Assembly (NCBI GenBank): GCA_002702895.1
Contig: PACX01000022.1
Coordinates: 22,188 to 86,187 of the forward strand
Reading direction: 5' to 3'
DNA: 64,000 nucleotides
Source: Flavobacteriaceae bacterium
GTDB taxonomy: Bacteria; Bacteroidota; Bacteroidia; Flavobacteriales; Flavobacteriaceae
Part shown: positions 1 to 9,225 of the stretch, one piece after another
How positions within the stretch are numbered: the stretch's first letter is position 1
Layout: each line of letters opens with the position of its first letter
Translations under genes and position numbers: made by a program
The notes under the pieces: model-generated
Database searches by the model: none
Told to the model about the DNA's origin: nothing
The model's input: only the letters and a program-made list of their open reading frames with translations

Positions 1-334
1 TACCTACAACAGAATTAATTTCGATTCTGTCATCTGTTTTTTTTAAGAAATCACTTCCACTAATTTTGTTCAAACCAAAAGCTCCAATAATTTTGGTGTC
101 CCATGCCCAACCATATTCATAGTAATTTAAAGTATAATCAAATTTTATTGTTCCTGAAATACTACTTTGCCCTCCAGAAGACCAATTACTAAAACTAGAT
201 TGATTAACAAGAAAAATTGCTTTTCCGTTTTTTTTCCAAGGATACTCAAAATTTAAACTATCAGTTTCTTCTTGAGACAGTAAAAAAGAAGAAAAAATCA
301 ATAATGTAAAACTGAATATGTGTTTTAATTTCAA
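1..334 (-). CDS. DUF3078-like outer-membrane protein, N-terminal part (gene continues beyond window start)
   Basis: Not in the ORF track. Reverse-strand reading from TTG at 334 gives KLKHIFSFTLLIFSSFLLSQEETDSLNFEYPWKKNGKAIFLVNQSSFSNWSSGGQSSISG... This is a signal peptide followed by the NQ.S.SNW..GG..S signature I associate with Bacteroidota DUF3078 beta-barrel proteins. The frame is open to position 1. Confidence 0.5.
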   Translation of the reverse strand, partial: MKLKHIFSFTLLIFSSFLLSQEETDSLNFEYPWKKNGKAIFLVNQSSFSNWSSGGQSSISGTIKFDYTLNYYEYGWAWDTKIIGAFGLNKISGSDFLKKTDDRIEINSVVG

Positions 335-336
335 AA

Positions 337-849
337 TCAATTAATAGGTTTGTTAAAAATTGGAACAGAAGAACATGCTTCGCCAAACATTATTTTTTTT
401 GCAATTGGCTGTAGTCTTTCAATTAAAAATGAGTAGGAAGATTTAGGGATTGATCTTTTAGAGCAGCCTTTAATTATTACTATTTTATTTTCAAATTTAT
501 TTAAATCAAGGCTATAAATTATATTACGAATAATTATGTGTTCCATAACATCTAAAGGTCCTATAAAATTTTCAATTTTGTTCTCTTTTAATTCATTTGA
601 AACCAATATAAATGCCCAATCTGGAATAATAGCATTATTTGAACATTGAATTGAAACAAATTTATCTTTATACTGTTGCCAATCGTGTTTTTTTACAGCG
701 TGTCTAAAATCTTTTTCAATTAGAATTAATTCATCTTTAAGCCAAGTTTTTAAATCAAGAATAATTCTTTCATTTTCTGGAATTAAACTATCAAGATCAA
801 CACTTTTTAGCTTACTATTGTTTACTTTATTTATTATTTCTTTGTTCAT
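337..849 (-). CDS. DUF2480-family protein (function unknown), last gene of the SUF cluster
   Basis: 170 aa ORF abutting the DUF59 gene with a 0-nt gap. Size and position match the DUF2480 gene that follows the suf genes in Flavobacteriia, as I recall it. Confidence 0.5.
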   Translation of the reverse strand: MNKEIINKVNNSKLKSVDLDSLIPENERIILDLKTWLKDELILIEKDFRHAVKKHDWQQYKDKFVSIQCSNNAIIPDWAFILVSNELKENKIENFIGPLDVMEHIIIRNIIYSLDLNKFENKIVIIKGCSKRSIPKSSYSFLIERLQPIAKKIMFGEACSSVPIFNKPIN

Positions 850-1161
850 TTATAAAAATCCAAGCTCCAATTTTGCTTCATCACTCATAAGATCTCTGTT
901 CCATGGAGGTTCAAATGTTAGTTCAACTTTAGCATCTGTTACTTCAGATAGTGATTTTACTTTATCTTCAACTTCCTTAGGCAGTGAATCTGCTACTGGG
1001 CAATTAGGAGTAGTTAATGTCATAATTACTTTAACATTATTATCCTCATTTACAAACACATCGTATATTAAACCAAGTTCATATATGTCAACGGGAATTT
1101 CAGGATCATATATAGTTTTCAATACTTTCACAATTTTTTCTCCTAAATCCTCTGCGTTCAT
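850..1161 (-). CDS. SUF-associated DUF59 / SufT-like Fe-S assembly protein
   Basis: 103 aa. Contains YDPEIPVDIYELGLIY and the TLTTPNCP cysteine motif typical of DUF59/MIP18 proteins. Lies inside the suf operon. Confidence 0.8.
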   Translation of the reverse strand: MNAEDLGEKIVKVLKTIYDPEIPVDIYELGLIYDVFVNEDNNVKVIMTLTTPNCPVADSLPKEVEDKVKSLSEVTDAKVELTFEPPWNRDLMSDEAKLELGFL

Positions 1162-1170
1162 TTTACAAGT

Positions 1171-1584
1171 TTAATTATTATATGCTAAAGCGTAATATTT
1201 TATTTGTTTAATCATTGAAACTAGGCCATTAGCTCTAGTAGGGGAAAGATGTTCTTTTAACCCAATTTCATCAATATATTTAATGTCTCCATCTAAAATA
1301 TCTTTAGCAGTTTGGTTAGAAAAAACTCTTAATAATATAGCAGCAATTCCTTTAGTTATTATTGCTTCACTGTCAGCCGAATAAATAACTTTTCCATTTT
1401 TTAATTCCGCATGAAGCCATAACTTGCTTTGGCAGCCTTTAATCAAATTAGACTCTATCTTATTTTTTTTATCAATTATTTTAATGGAATTGCCAAGTTC
1501 AATTATATATTCATATTTTTCTTTCCAGTCTTCAAAAAGAGAAAATTCTTCAATAATATCATTTTGAATTTCTTTTATCTTCAT
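1171..1584 (-). CDS. sufE: Cysteine desulfuration protein SufE
   Basis: 137 aa. Has the LIKGCQSKLWL active-site Cys motif and lies immediately downstream of sufS. Confidence 0.85.
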   Translation of the reverse strand: MKIKEIQNDIIEEFSLFEDWKEKYEYIIELGNSIKIIDKKNKIESNLIKGCQSKLWLHAELKNGKVIYSADSEAIITKGIAAILLRVFSNQTAKDILDGDIKYIDEIGLKEHLSPTRANGLVSMIKQIKYYALAYNN

Positions 1585-1612
1585 AAATTAGATTATAAAT
1601 CAAAGATACAAA

Positions 1613-2842
1613 TTAGCTCAACATAGAAATGACCTGTTTTAAAGATTTGTAAAGAACGTCGATTTCTTTTTTTGTATTGTAAAATGAGAGTGAAACTCTA
1701 ACAGTACCTGAAATTCCAAAGTGATCCATGATTGGTTGAGCGCAATGTTGACCAGTTCTAACTGCTATTCCAAATTTGTCTAATAAAGCACCTATGTCAT
1801 AAGCATGTATTCCTTCAATATTAAAAGAAATTACACTTGTTTTGTTTTTAGACTCACCATATATTTTGAGGTTTGGAATTAAATTTAGTTTTTTAGTAGC
1901 ATAATCCAGAAGAGAAGATTCATATTTATATATTTTTTCAAAGTTTATTCCATTCAGGTAATCTAATGCAACACCAAAAGCAATTGCTCCAGAAACATTA
2001 GGTGTCCCCGCTTCAAATTTATGTGGGAGTTCTGCATAGGTAGTTTTTTCAAAAGTTACATCTGAAATCATTTCTCCACCACCTTGATATGGAGGTAATT
2101 TCTTTAACCATTTTTCTTTTCCATAAAGCATTCCAATTCCTGTTGGGCCACACAATTTATGTGCAGAAGTGGTATAAAAATCTGCATTAAGCTCCTGTAA
2201 ATCAGTTTTAAAATGTGCACTAGCCTGAGCACCATCAATTAATACAGCTGCATTTAGTTTATGAGCTTTTTCAATAATTGTTTTGATGGGGTTTATTATT
2301 CCAAGTGCATTTGAAACATGATTAACAAAAACAAGTTTTGTTTTATTATTTAAAATAGTATTATAAACTTCCATGTCCAACTCTCCATTTTCATTAATTG
2401 GGATTATCTTAATTTTTGCTCCATTTTTTTCTGCCATCATTTGCCAAGGAACTATATTGGAATGATGTTCTAAACCAGAAATAATAATTTCATCTTTATC
2501 ATTAAGTAAATCTTGAAATCCATTAGCAACTAAATTAATTGAATGAGTAGTTCCAGATGTAAAAATAATTTCATGAGAACTTTGAATATTAAAATGTTTT
2601 TGAACTTTAACTCTAGCATTTTCATATGCATCTGTAGCCTCTTGACTTATAGTATGAACCCCTCTGTGAATATTTGAGTTGTAATTTTTATAATAATCAG
2701 AAATAGAATCTATTACTATATTTGGTTTTTGAGATGTGGCAGCATTATCAAAGTAAATAAAATTGGAGCCATTGATTTTTCTTTTTAAAATTGGGAAATC
2801 AGACCTTATTTTTTCTAAATCAAAGCTCATTTTATAAATCAA
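1613..2842 (-). CDS. sufS: Cysteine desulfurase SufS (class V aminotransferase)
   Basis: 409 aa. PLP lysine context SAHKLCGPTG and C-terminal catalytic Cys RTGQHCAQP. Overlaps the sufD stop by 11 nt. Confidence 0.95.
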   Translation of the reverse strand: MIYKMSFDLEKIRSDFPILKRKINGSNFIYFDNAATSQKPNIVIDSISDYYKNYNSNIHRGVHTISQEATDAYENARVKVQKHFNIQSSHEIIFTSGTTHSINLVANGFQDLLNDKDEIIISGLEHHSNIVPWQMMAEKNGAKIKIIPINENGELDMEVYNTILNNKTKLVFVNHVSNALGIINPIKTIIEKAHKLNAAVLIDGAQASAHFKTDLQELNADFYTTSAHKLCGPTGIGMLYGKEKWLKKLPPYQGGGEMISDVTFEKTTYAELPHKFEAGTPNVSGAIAFGVALDYLNGINFEKIYKYESSLLDYATKKLNLIPNLKIYGESKNKTSVISFNIEGIHAYDIGALLDKFGIAVRTGQHCAQPIMDHFGISGTVRVSLSFYNTKKEIDVLYKSLKQVISMLS

Positions 2843-4148
2843 AACCTAAGCTTACTCCCAATTTTTTAGCAATAGTGTTTTTTATTTTAATTTTTAGTTC
2901 AGGGATTTTAACACTCTCCAAAACATTATTAGCAAAGCCATAAGTAAGTAATGCTTTTGCTTCTTTTTTAGGGATGCCTCTTGCTCTTAAATAAAATAAA
3001 GCATCTTGATCTAACTGACCTATAGTGCAGCCATGGGAACATTTAACATCATCAGCAAAAATTTCTAACTGAGGTTTGGAATTAATTGTAGACGTATCAT
3101 CTAAAAGTATATTATTGTTTTGTTGAAACGCATTAGTTTTTTGAGCTATTTTATCAACGATTATTTTACCGTTAAATACTCCAGTAGATTTTCCAGAATA
3201 TATTCCTTTATAGTCTTGGTGACTTTCACAATTTGGATTAGAATGATGGACTAAAGTATGATGATCTACTAATTGATTGTAATCAATTATTGTAAGGCCT
3301 TTCATAGTAGAGTTTATGGATGGAGTTGTTTGAAAAAAGTTCAAGTTATTTCTAGTTAATTTTCCTCCAAAAGAAAAAGTATGAACTCTAACATCACTGT
3401 CTCTTTTTTGGGTTATGTATGTATTGTCTACTAAACTTGAGGATATAACATCATTTTGAATTTTATAATAATCTACTTTGGAATTTTTCAAAGCAAATAT
3501 TTCAGAAACTGAATTTGTAAAAACTGAATTAATAGTTAAGCTTTGATGGGTTTCAATTATTTCAACCTCTGAATTCTCTTCAATAATAATAAGATTTCTT
3601 GGTTGTAGCATTAAAGCAGCTTCATTCCCTGTAGAAAAATGAATTATTTCAATAGGTTTTTCAAGTATAGTATTTTTAGGCAGATGAATATATGCCCCTT
3701 CTTTTGAAAATGCAGTGTTAAGTGAAGTTAAAGAATCTTCAGAAGGAACAGATTTATTAAAATATTTATTAATATGTTTTGAATACTTAGCTTTGCTTAA
3801 TGCAGCAGACATTATACAGATATCTAATCCATCATGACTAGTTTGAGATAAAAAAGGATCATAATATCCATCAACAAAAACGATTTTATATGACTCTATA
3901 TTGTCAATAAAATAGTCCTTAACCTTTTTAAATTCTATTACATTTTTCTTTTTAGAAAATACGGTATAATCTTCTTTGATAATTTGATTTAAAGAAGTGT
4001 ATTTCCAATTTTCTAATTTTCTGTTTGGAAATCCTAACTTTTCAAAGTTTTTAATTGCATCTGTTCTTAAATTATGAACATAAGAATTAATGTCAATATC
4101 TAATTCAAAAGCTAAAAATGATGATAATATTTTCTCAGTTAATTGCAT
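2832..4148 (-). CDS. sufD: Fe-S cluster assembly protein SufD
   Basis: 438 aa. C-terminal beta-helix region similar to SufB (SKPQLEIFADDVKCSHG.TIGQLD). Position between sufC and sufS. Confidence 0.9.
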   Translation of the reverse strand: MQLTEKILSSFLAFELDIDINSYVHNLRTDAIKNFEKLGFPNRKLENWKYTSLNQIIKEDYTVFSKKKNVIEFKKVKDYFIDNIESYKIVFVDGYYDPFLSQTSHDGLDICIMSAALSKAKYSKHINKYFNKSVPSEDSLTSLNTAFSKEGAYIHLPKNTILEKPIEIIHFSTGNEAALMLQPRNLIIIEENSEVEIIETHQSLTINSVFTNSVSEIFALKNSKVDYYKIQNDVISSSLVDNTYITQKRDSDVRVHTFSFGGKLTRNNLNFFQTTPSINSTMKGLTIIDYNQLVDHHTLVHHSNPNCESHQDYKGIYSGKSTGVFNGKIIVDKIAQKTNAFQQNNNILLDDTSTINSKPQLEIFADDVKCSHGCTIGQLDQDALFYLRARGIPKKEAKALLTYGFANNVLESVKIPELKIKIKNTIAKKLGVSLGFDL

Positions 4149-4157
4149 TACAGCTTT

Positions 4158-4895
4158 TTATTTTATCCAGTCGTAACCCTTTTCTTCTAGTTCATGAGCA
4201 AGCTCCTTATTTCCGGACTTTGCAATTTTACCTTCATTTAATACATGAACAAAATCAGGAACTATATAGTCAAGCAGTCTTTGATAATGTGTTATAACTA
4301 TCACTGCATTATTTTTATTCTTTAATTTATTTACCCCATTTGCAACAATTTTCAGAGCATCAATATCTAATCCAGAATCAGTTTCATCTAAGATTGATAT
4401 ACTTGGCTCTAACATTGCCATTTGAAATATTTCATTTCTTTTTTTCTCTCCACCTGAGAATCCTTCATTAAGCGATCTAGAAAGAAATTTAGAATCGATT
4501 TCTAGGAGAGCAGCTTTTTCTCTAATTTTTTTGAGCATTTTATTTGCAGGCATTTCATTTTCACCTCGAGCTTTTAAATTAGAATTAATTGATGTTTTTA
4601 TAAAGTTAGTCACACTAACTCCGGGGATTTCAATAGGATACTGAAATGACATAAAAAGGCCTCTATGTGCTCTTTCTTCAGGGGATAATTCAACAATATT
4701 TTCACCTTTAAATAAGATGTCCCCCTTAATTATTTCATAGGAGTCATTACCAGCTACAGTAGCAGCTAAAGTACTCTTTCCAGACCCATTGGGGCCCATA
4801 ATAGCGTGAACTTCACCAGCTTTAACATCTAAATTTATCCCATTTAAAATTGTTTTTCCTTCAACACTAACATGTAAATTGTCTATTGTTAACAT
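4158..4895 (-). CDS. sufC: Fe-S cluster assembly ATPase SufC
   Basis: Walker A GPNGSGKST, ABC signature FSGGEKKR, Walker B ILDETDSGLD. Confidence 0.97.
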   Translation of the reverse strand: MLTIDNLHVSVEGKTILNGINLDVKAGEVHAIMGPNGSGKSTLAATVAGNDSYEIIKGDILFKGENIVELSPEERAHRGLFMSFQYPIEIPGVSVTNFIKTSINSNLKARGENEMPANKMLKKIREKAALLEIDSKFLSRSLNEGFSGGEKKRNEIFQMAMLEPSISILDETDSGLDIDALKIVANGVNKLKNKNNAVIVITHYQRLLDYIVPDFVHVLNEGKIAKSGNKELAHELEEKGYDWIK

Positions 4896-4909
4896 ATAAT
4901 ATTTTTTAA

Positions 4910-6355
4910 TTATCCTACTGACCCTTCTAATGAAATTTCAAGTAATTTTTGAGCTTCTACGGCAAATTCCATTGGAAGTTTATTTAATACCTCTTTGCTA
5001 AAACCATTAACAATTAATGCAATAGCTTTTTCAGTATCAATCCCTCTTTGATTGCAATAAAAAATTTGATCTTCACCGATTTTACTGGTAGAGGCTTCAT
5101 GCTCAATTATTGAGGAATTATTTTTAGCTTCTATATATGGGAATGTATGAGCTCCACATTTATTTCCCATTAGCAACGAATCGCATTGAGAAAAATTTCT
5201 AGAATTTTTTGCATTGGAATTTATTTGAACAAGCCCTCTATAGCTATTTTGAGATTTTCCTGCAGAGATTCCTTTTGAGATTATCGTACTCTTAGTGTTT
5301 TTTCCAATGTGAATCATTTTGGTTCCAGTATCTGCTTGTTGATAATTATTTGTTACTGCAATAGAATAGAACTCTCCAATACTATTATCTCCTTTTAAAA
5401 TACAAGAAGGGTATTTCCATGTAACAGCAGAACCAGTTTCAACTTGCGTCCAGGATATTTTAGAATTTTCGTGACAAATTCCTCTTTTGGTAACAAAATT
5501 ATAAACTCCTCCTTTTCCATTTTTATTTCCTGGGTACCAGTTTTGAACTGTAGAGTATTTTATTTCGGCATCATCCAAAGCTATGAGTTCAACAACAGCT
5601 GCATGTAATTGATTTTCGTCTCTTGATGGAGCAGTACAGCCTTCCAAATAACTAACATAACTTCCTTTATCTGCAATTACTAAAGTTCTTTCAAACTGAC
5701 CCGTTCCTGCTTCATTGATTCTAAAGTACGTGGATAATTCCATAGGACATCTTACACCTTTAGGGATGTAGCAAAATGATCCATCAGAAAAAACAGCAGA
5801 GTTTAGTGCGCTATAAAAGTTGTCTTTTCTTGGGATTACACTACCAATATATTTTTTGACAAGTTCTGGGTATTCTCTAATAGCATCTGAAATGGAACAA
5901 AATATAATTCCTTTTTTAGAAAGAGTATCTCTAAAAGTTGTAGCTACTGAAACAGAGTCAACAACTATATCAACGGCAACTCCAGCTAGTTTTTTTTGTT
6001 CATTTACCGAAATACCTAGTTTTTCGAAAGTTTTCAATAATTCTGGGTCTACTTCATCGAGACTTTCGTACTTATCTTTAGATTTAGGAGCAGAATAATA
6101 AGATATTTCTTGAAAATCAGGTTTAGCATATTTTACATTTGCCCAATCTGGCTCTTTCATTTTTTTCCATGCTCTATAAGCTGTAAGTCTCCATTCTGTC
6201 ATCCAGTTAGGCTCTTCCTTTCTTTTGGAAATAGCTCTTACAACTTTTTCACTTAATCCCTTAGAAAATGTATCTGCATCAATTTCTGTTACAAAACCAT
6301 ATTCGTATTCTTGCGTCTCTAATTCTTTCTTTAATTCCTCCTCTGTATAAGCCAT
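4910..6355 (-). CDS. sufB: Fe-S cluster assembly scaffold SufB
   Basis: 481 aa with highly conserved SufB sequence ([42 protein letters not shown]). Confidence 0.97.
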   Translation of the reverse strand: MAYTEEELKKELETQEYEYGFVTEIDADTFSKGLSEKVVRAISKRKEEPNWMTEWRLTAYRAWKKMKEPDWANVKYAKPDFQEISYYSAPKSKDKYESLDEVDPELLKTFEKLGISVNEQKKLAGVAVDIVVDSVSVATTFRDTLSKKGIIFCSISDAIREYPELVKKYIGSVIPRKDNFYSALNSAVFSDGSFCYIPKGVRCPMELSTYFRINEAGTGQFERTLVIADKGSYVSYLEGCTAPSRDENQLHAAVVELIALDDAEIKYSTVQNWYPGNKNGKGGVYNFVTKRGICHENSKISWTQVETGSAVTWKYPSCILKGDNSIGEFYSIAVTNNYQQADTGTKMIHIGKNTKSTIISKGISAGKSQNSYRGLVQINSNAKNSRNFSQCDSLLMGNKCGAHTFPYIEAKNNSSIIEHEASTSKIGEDQIFYCNQRGIDTEKAIALIVNGFSKEVLNKLPMEFAVEAQKLLEISLEGSVG

Positions 6356-6363
6356 TTATTTTT

Positions 6364-6693
6364 TTATAGTGAAAAGCTTTCTCCGCATCCACAAGTTCTA
6401 TTAGCATTGGGATTATTAAAAACAAACCCTTTCCCGTTTAACCCTCCAGAAAACTCTAAGGTAGTTCCTATTAGATACAAAAAACTTTTATTGTCAACAA
6501 TTATTTTAACACCATTATCTTCGTAAACTTTATCATCTGAGTTAACTAGTTTATCAAATTTTAGATCATAAGAAAGCCCAGAGCATCCTCCGCTCTTTAC
6601 CCCAACCCTAACATAATCAGAAATACTATCAAATCCATCTGCTTGCATTAGCTTTCTAACCTCTGATTTTGCTTGTTCAGAAACTTTTATCAT
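6364..6693 (-). CDS. sufA: A-type Fe-S carrier (SufA/IscA/ErpA family)
   Basis: 109 aa with GGCSG and the C-terminal CGCGESF cluster ligands. First gene of the suf operon. Confidence 0.9.
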   Translation of the reverse strand: MIKVSEQAKSEVRKLMQADGFDSISDYVRVGVKSGGCSGLSYDLKFDKLVNSDDKVYEDNGVKIIVDNKSFLYLIGTTLEFSGGLNGKGFVFNNPNANRTCGCGESFSL

Positions 6694-6837
6694 AATTAAC
6701 TAATCAAATACTGTGCAAATATAACTCATTTGTAATTCTTTTCCATATAGAGGTTTTAAATAGTTGTATTTTAGAACCATACTAAATTATGAAGCATTGT
6801 AACTCAATTAATATATATTTGAATAAAAATTAGTGTT

Positions 6838-7881
6838 TTGAGTGAAAAAAAAACTAAAGCAGAATTAACGAAACTTTCAGAAATTGGCGAGTTTGAAGTT
6901 ATAAACCATATCACTAAAGATTTTAATATTAAAAATCTTTCTACGGTTGAAGGAATTGGGGATGATGCCGCAATACTAAATTTTCAAGACAGTCAAATTG
7001 TAATTTCAAGTGATATGTTGGTGGAAGGGGTTCACTTCAATCTAAGTTATGTGCCTCTTAAACATTTGGGCTATAAATCTGTGGTTGCAAATCTTTCCGA
7101 TATATATTCAATGAATGCCAATTGTACTCAAATAACAGTCAATATTGCTGTATCAAACAGGTTTACTCTTGAATCTTTGGAAGAATTATATTTTGGAATC
7201 AATGCAGCATGCAAAAAGTATGGAGTAGACTTAGTAGGTGGAGACACTACAAGCTCAAACAAGGGGTTGATAATTAGCATTACATCAGTTGGAGCTTTAG
7301 ATTCAAAATTAGTTACAAGAAGGTCTGGAGCTAAATTAAATGATTTGATAGTTGTTTCAGGCGATATTGGAAGCGCTTATATGGGTCTACAGGTTCTTGA
7401 AAGAGAAAAAGAAGTTTTTAAAGTTAATCCTAGAAATCAACCAGATTTATCTAAATACAAATATCTAATTCAAAGACAACTAAAGCCTGAGGCAAGAAAA
7501 GACGTAATAGATTATCTAAGTAGTATTGAATTAATTCCTACTTCAATGATAGATATTAGCGACGGATTATCTTCAGAACTGATACATATATGTAACAATT
7601 CGAAAGTCGGGTGTGATATTTATGAAGACAAGATTCCTGTTAGTGAAGAACTTATGTCATGTTGTGAAGAATTTAATTTGAATTCAACAACAGTAGCTTT
7701 GAGTGGAGGAGAAGATTATGAGTTATTGTTTACTATAAATCAAAAAGATTTTGAAAAAATAAAAAACAGCTCTGATTTTAGTGTGGTAGGTCATATTACA
7801 AGCGCTGAAAGCGGGGTTAGTTTAGTCACAAAAGCTCAACAAAAAATTCCAATCACTTCTCAAGGCTGGAAATCATTTTGA
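6838..7881 (+). CDS. thiL: Thiamine-monophosphate kinase ThiL (TTG start)
   Basis: 347 aa AIR-synthase-fold protein with LSEIGEF, GIGDDAA and GGDTT motifs. No in-frame ATG lies near the conserved N-terminus, so the TTG at 6838 is the likely start. Confidence 0.85.
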   Translation: MSEKKTKAELTKLSEIGEFEVINHITKDFNIKNLSTVEGIGDDAAILNFQDSQIVISSDMLVEGVHFNLSYVPLKHLGYKSVVANLSDIYSMNANCTQITVNIAVSNRFTLESLEELYFGINAACKKYGVDLVGGDTTSSNKGLIISITSVGALDSKLVTRRSGAKLNDLIVVSGDIGSAYMGLQVLEREKEVFKVNPRNQPDLSKYKYLIQRQLKPEARKDVIDYLSSIELIPTSMIDISDGLSSELIHICNNSKVGCDIYEDKIPVSEELMSCCEEFNLNSTTVALSGGEDYELLFTINQKDFEKIKNSSDFSVVGHITSAESGVSLVTKAQQKIPITSQGWKSF

Positions 7882-9162
7882 GTTCATTAGAGATTCTATT
7901 TCTTCAATTTCAATAGGAATGTTTTTCATTAAATTTATTGGATTCCCTTTTTCCTGAACAACAACATCATCTTCAAGTCTAATTCCAAAACCTTCATTCT
8001 TAATATAAATCCCGGGCTCAACAGTAAAAACATTATTAGCTTCAATGGGTTTATTTATGTTTCCATAATCATGAGTATCTAAGCCTAAATGATGTGAAGT
8101 GCCATGAGTAAAATATTTTTTAAAAGCAGGATTTTCTTTAGTTTGATTTTGTAAATCAGCTTTATCAAGAAGCCCTAATTTTAGGAGTTCAGAAGTCATA
8201 ATTTTCCCAACTTCTAAATGATGCTCTTTCCACAATACTCCTGGAGTTAATAACTTGGCTGCCTCATTTTTAACATTTAAAACTGAGTTATATACATCTC
8301 GTTGACGGGTACTAAATTTGCCTGAAACAGGTATTGTTCTTGTCATGTCACTAGAATAATTTGCATATTCTGCACCAACATCCAACAATATTACTTCACC
8401 ATCTTTACATTGATTATTATTTTCAATGTAATGTAGGATATTCGAATTTTTTCCAGAAGCTATTATTGGTGTGTAAGCAAATTTTCTTGATCTGTTTTTT
8501 AAAAATTCGTGAGAGAATTCGGCTTCAATTTCATATTCCCAAACACCTGGCTTAACAAAATTTAAAATTCTTCTAAAACCTTTTTCAGTGATATTACATG
8601 CATTTTGAATTAATTCAATTTCAATAGGCTCTTTTACGGCTCTTAATTCTTGTAATATCGGATTACTCCTTTTATTAGCCTTTTTAGGATATTTTTTTTT
8701 AATCCACGTATTAAAACGAGCTTCTCTAGTTTCAGTTTCAACTTTAGCTCTGTAATGTTCATTGGTGTTTATATAAAGTATTTCGATAGAATTCATCAAG
8801 CCTTCAATTATATTTTCTAAATCGTCTATCCAATAAACATTTCTAATCCCAGAAATTTCATAAGCTTTAGTTTTGCTTAATTTCTCTCCCTCCCAATGTG
8901 TAAGAATTTCATTGGGCTTTTTTAAAAAAAGAATTTCTTTTTTAGATTTTTCATCGTTAATTATAGCTAAAACACTTTCTTCTTGATTAATTCCAGATAA
9001 ATAAAAAATATCTCTGTGTTGTTCGAACGGTAGCATGGTATCTGCACTAACTGGATAATGATCGTTAGAGTTAAAAAAAGCAATGCTGTTTGCACTCATT
9101 TTATTTTTAAACTTTTCCCTGTTTTTAATAAATAAGGAGTTATTAATTGGAAAATATTTCAT
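7873..9162 (-). CDS. pepP: Xaa-Pro aminopeptidase (M24B)
   Basis: 429 aa. M24 metal-ligand context (LLDVGAEY..YSSDMTRT, HGTSHHLGLDTHD, EPGIY, IRLEDD). Confidence 0.85.
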   Translation of the reverse strand: MKYFPINNSLFIKNREKFKNKMSANSIAFFNSNDHYPVSADTMLPFEQHRDIFYLSGINQEESVLAIINDEKSKKEILFLKKPNEILTHWEGEKLSKTKAYEISGIRNVYWIDDLENIIEGLMNSIEILYINTNEHYRAKVETETREARFNTWIKKKYPKKANKRSNPILQELRAVKEPIEIELIQNACNITEKGFRRILNFVKPGVWEYEIEAEFSHEFLKNRSRKFAYTPIIASGKNSNILHYIENNNQCKDGEVILLDVGAEYANYSSDMTRTIPVSGKFSTRQRDVYNSVLNVKNEAAKLLTPGVLWKEHHLEVGKIMTSELLKLGLLDKADLQNQTKENPAFKKYFTHGTSHHLGLDTHDYGNINKPIEANNVFTVEPGIYIKNEGFGIRLEDDVVVQEKGNPINLMKNIPIEIEEIESLMNSK

Positions 9163-9225
9163 TATTAATAATTAAAATTCAAAAATAGTATATTTAATAT
9201 ATCTAAACTTTTATACTTCATTTTA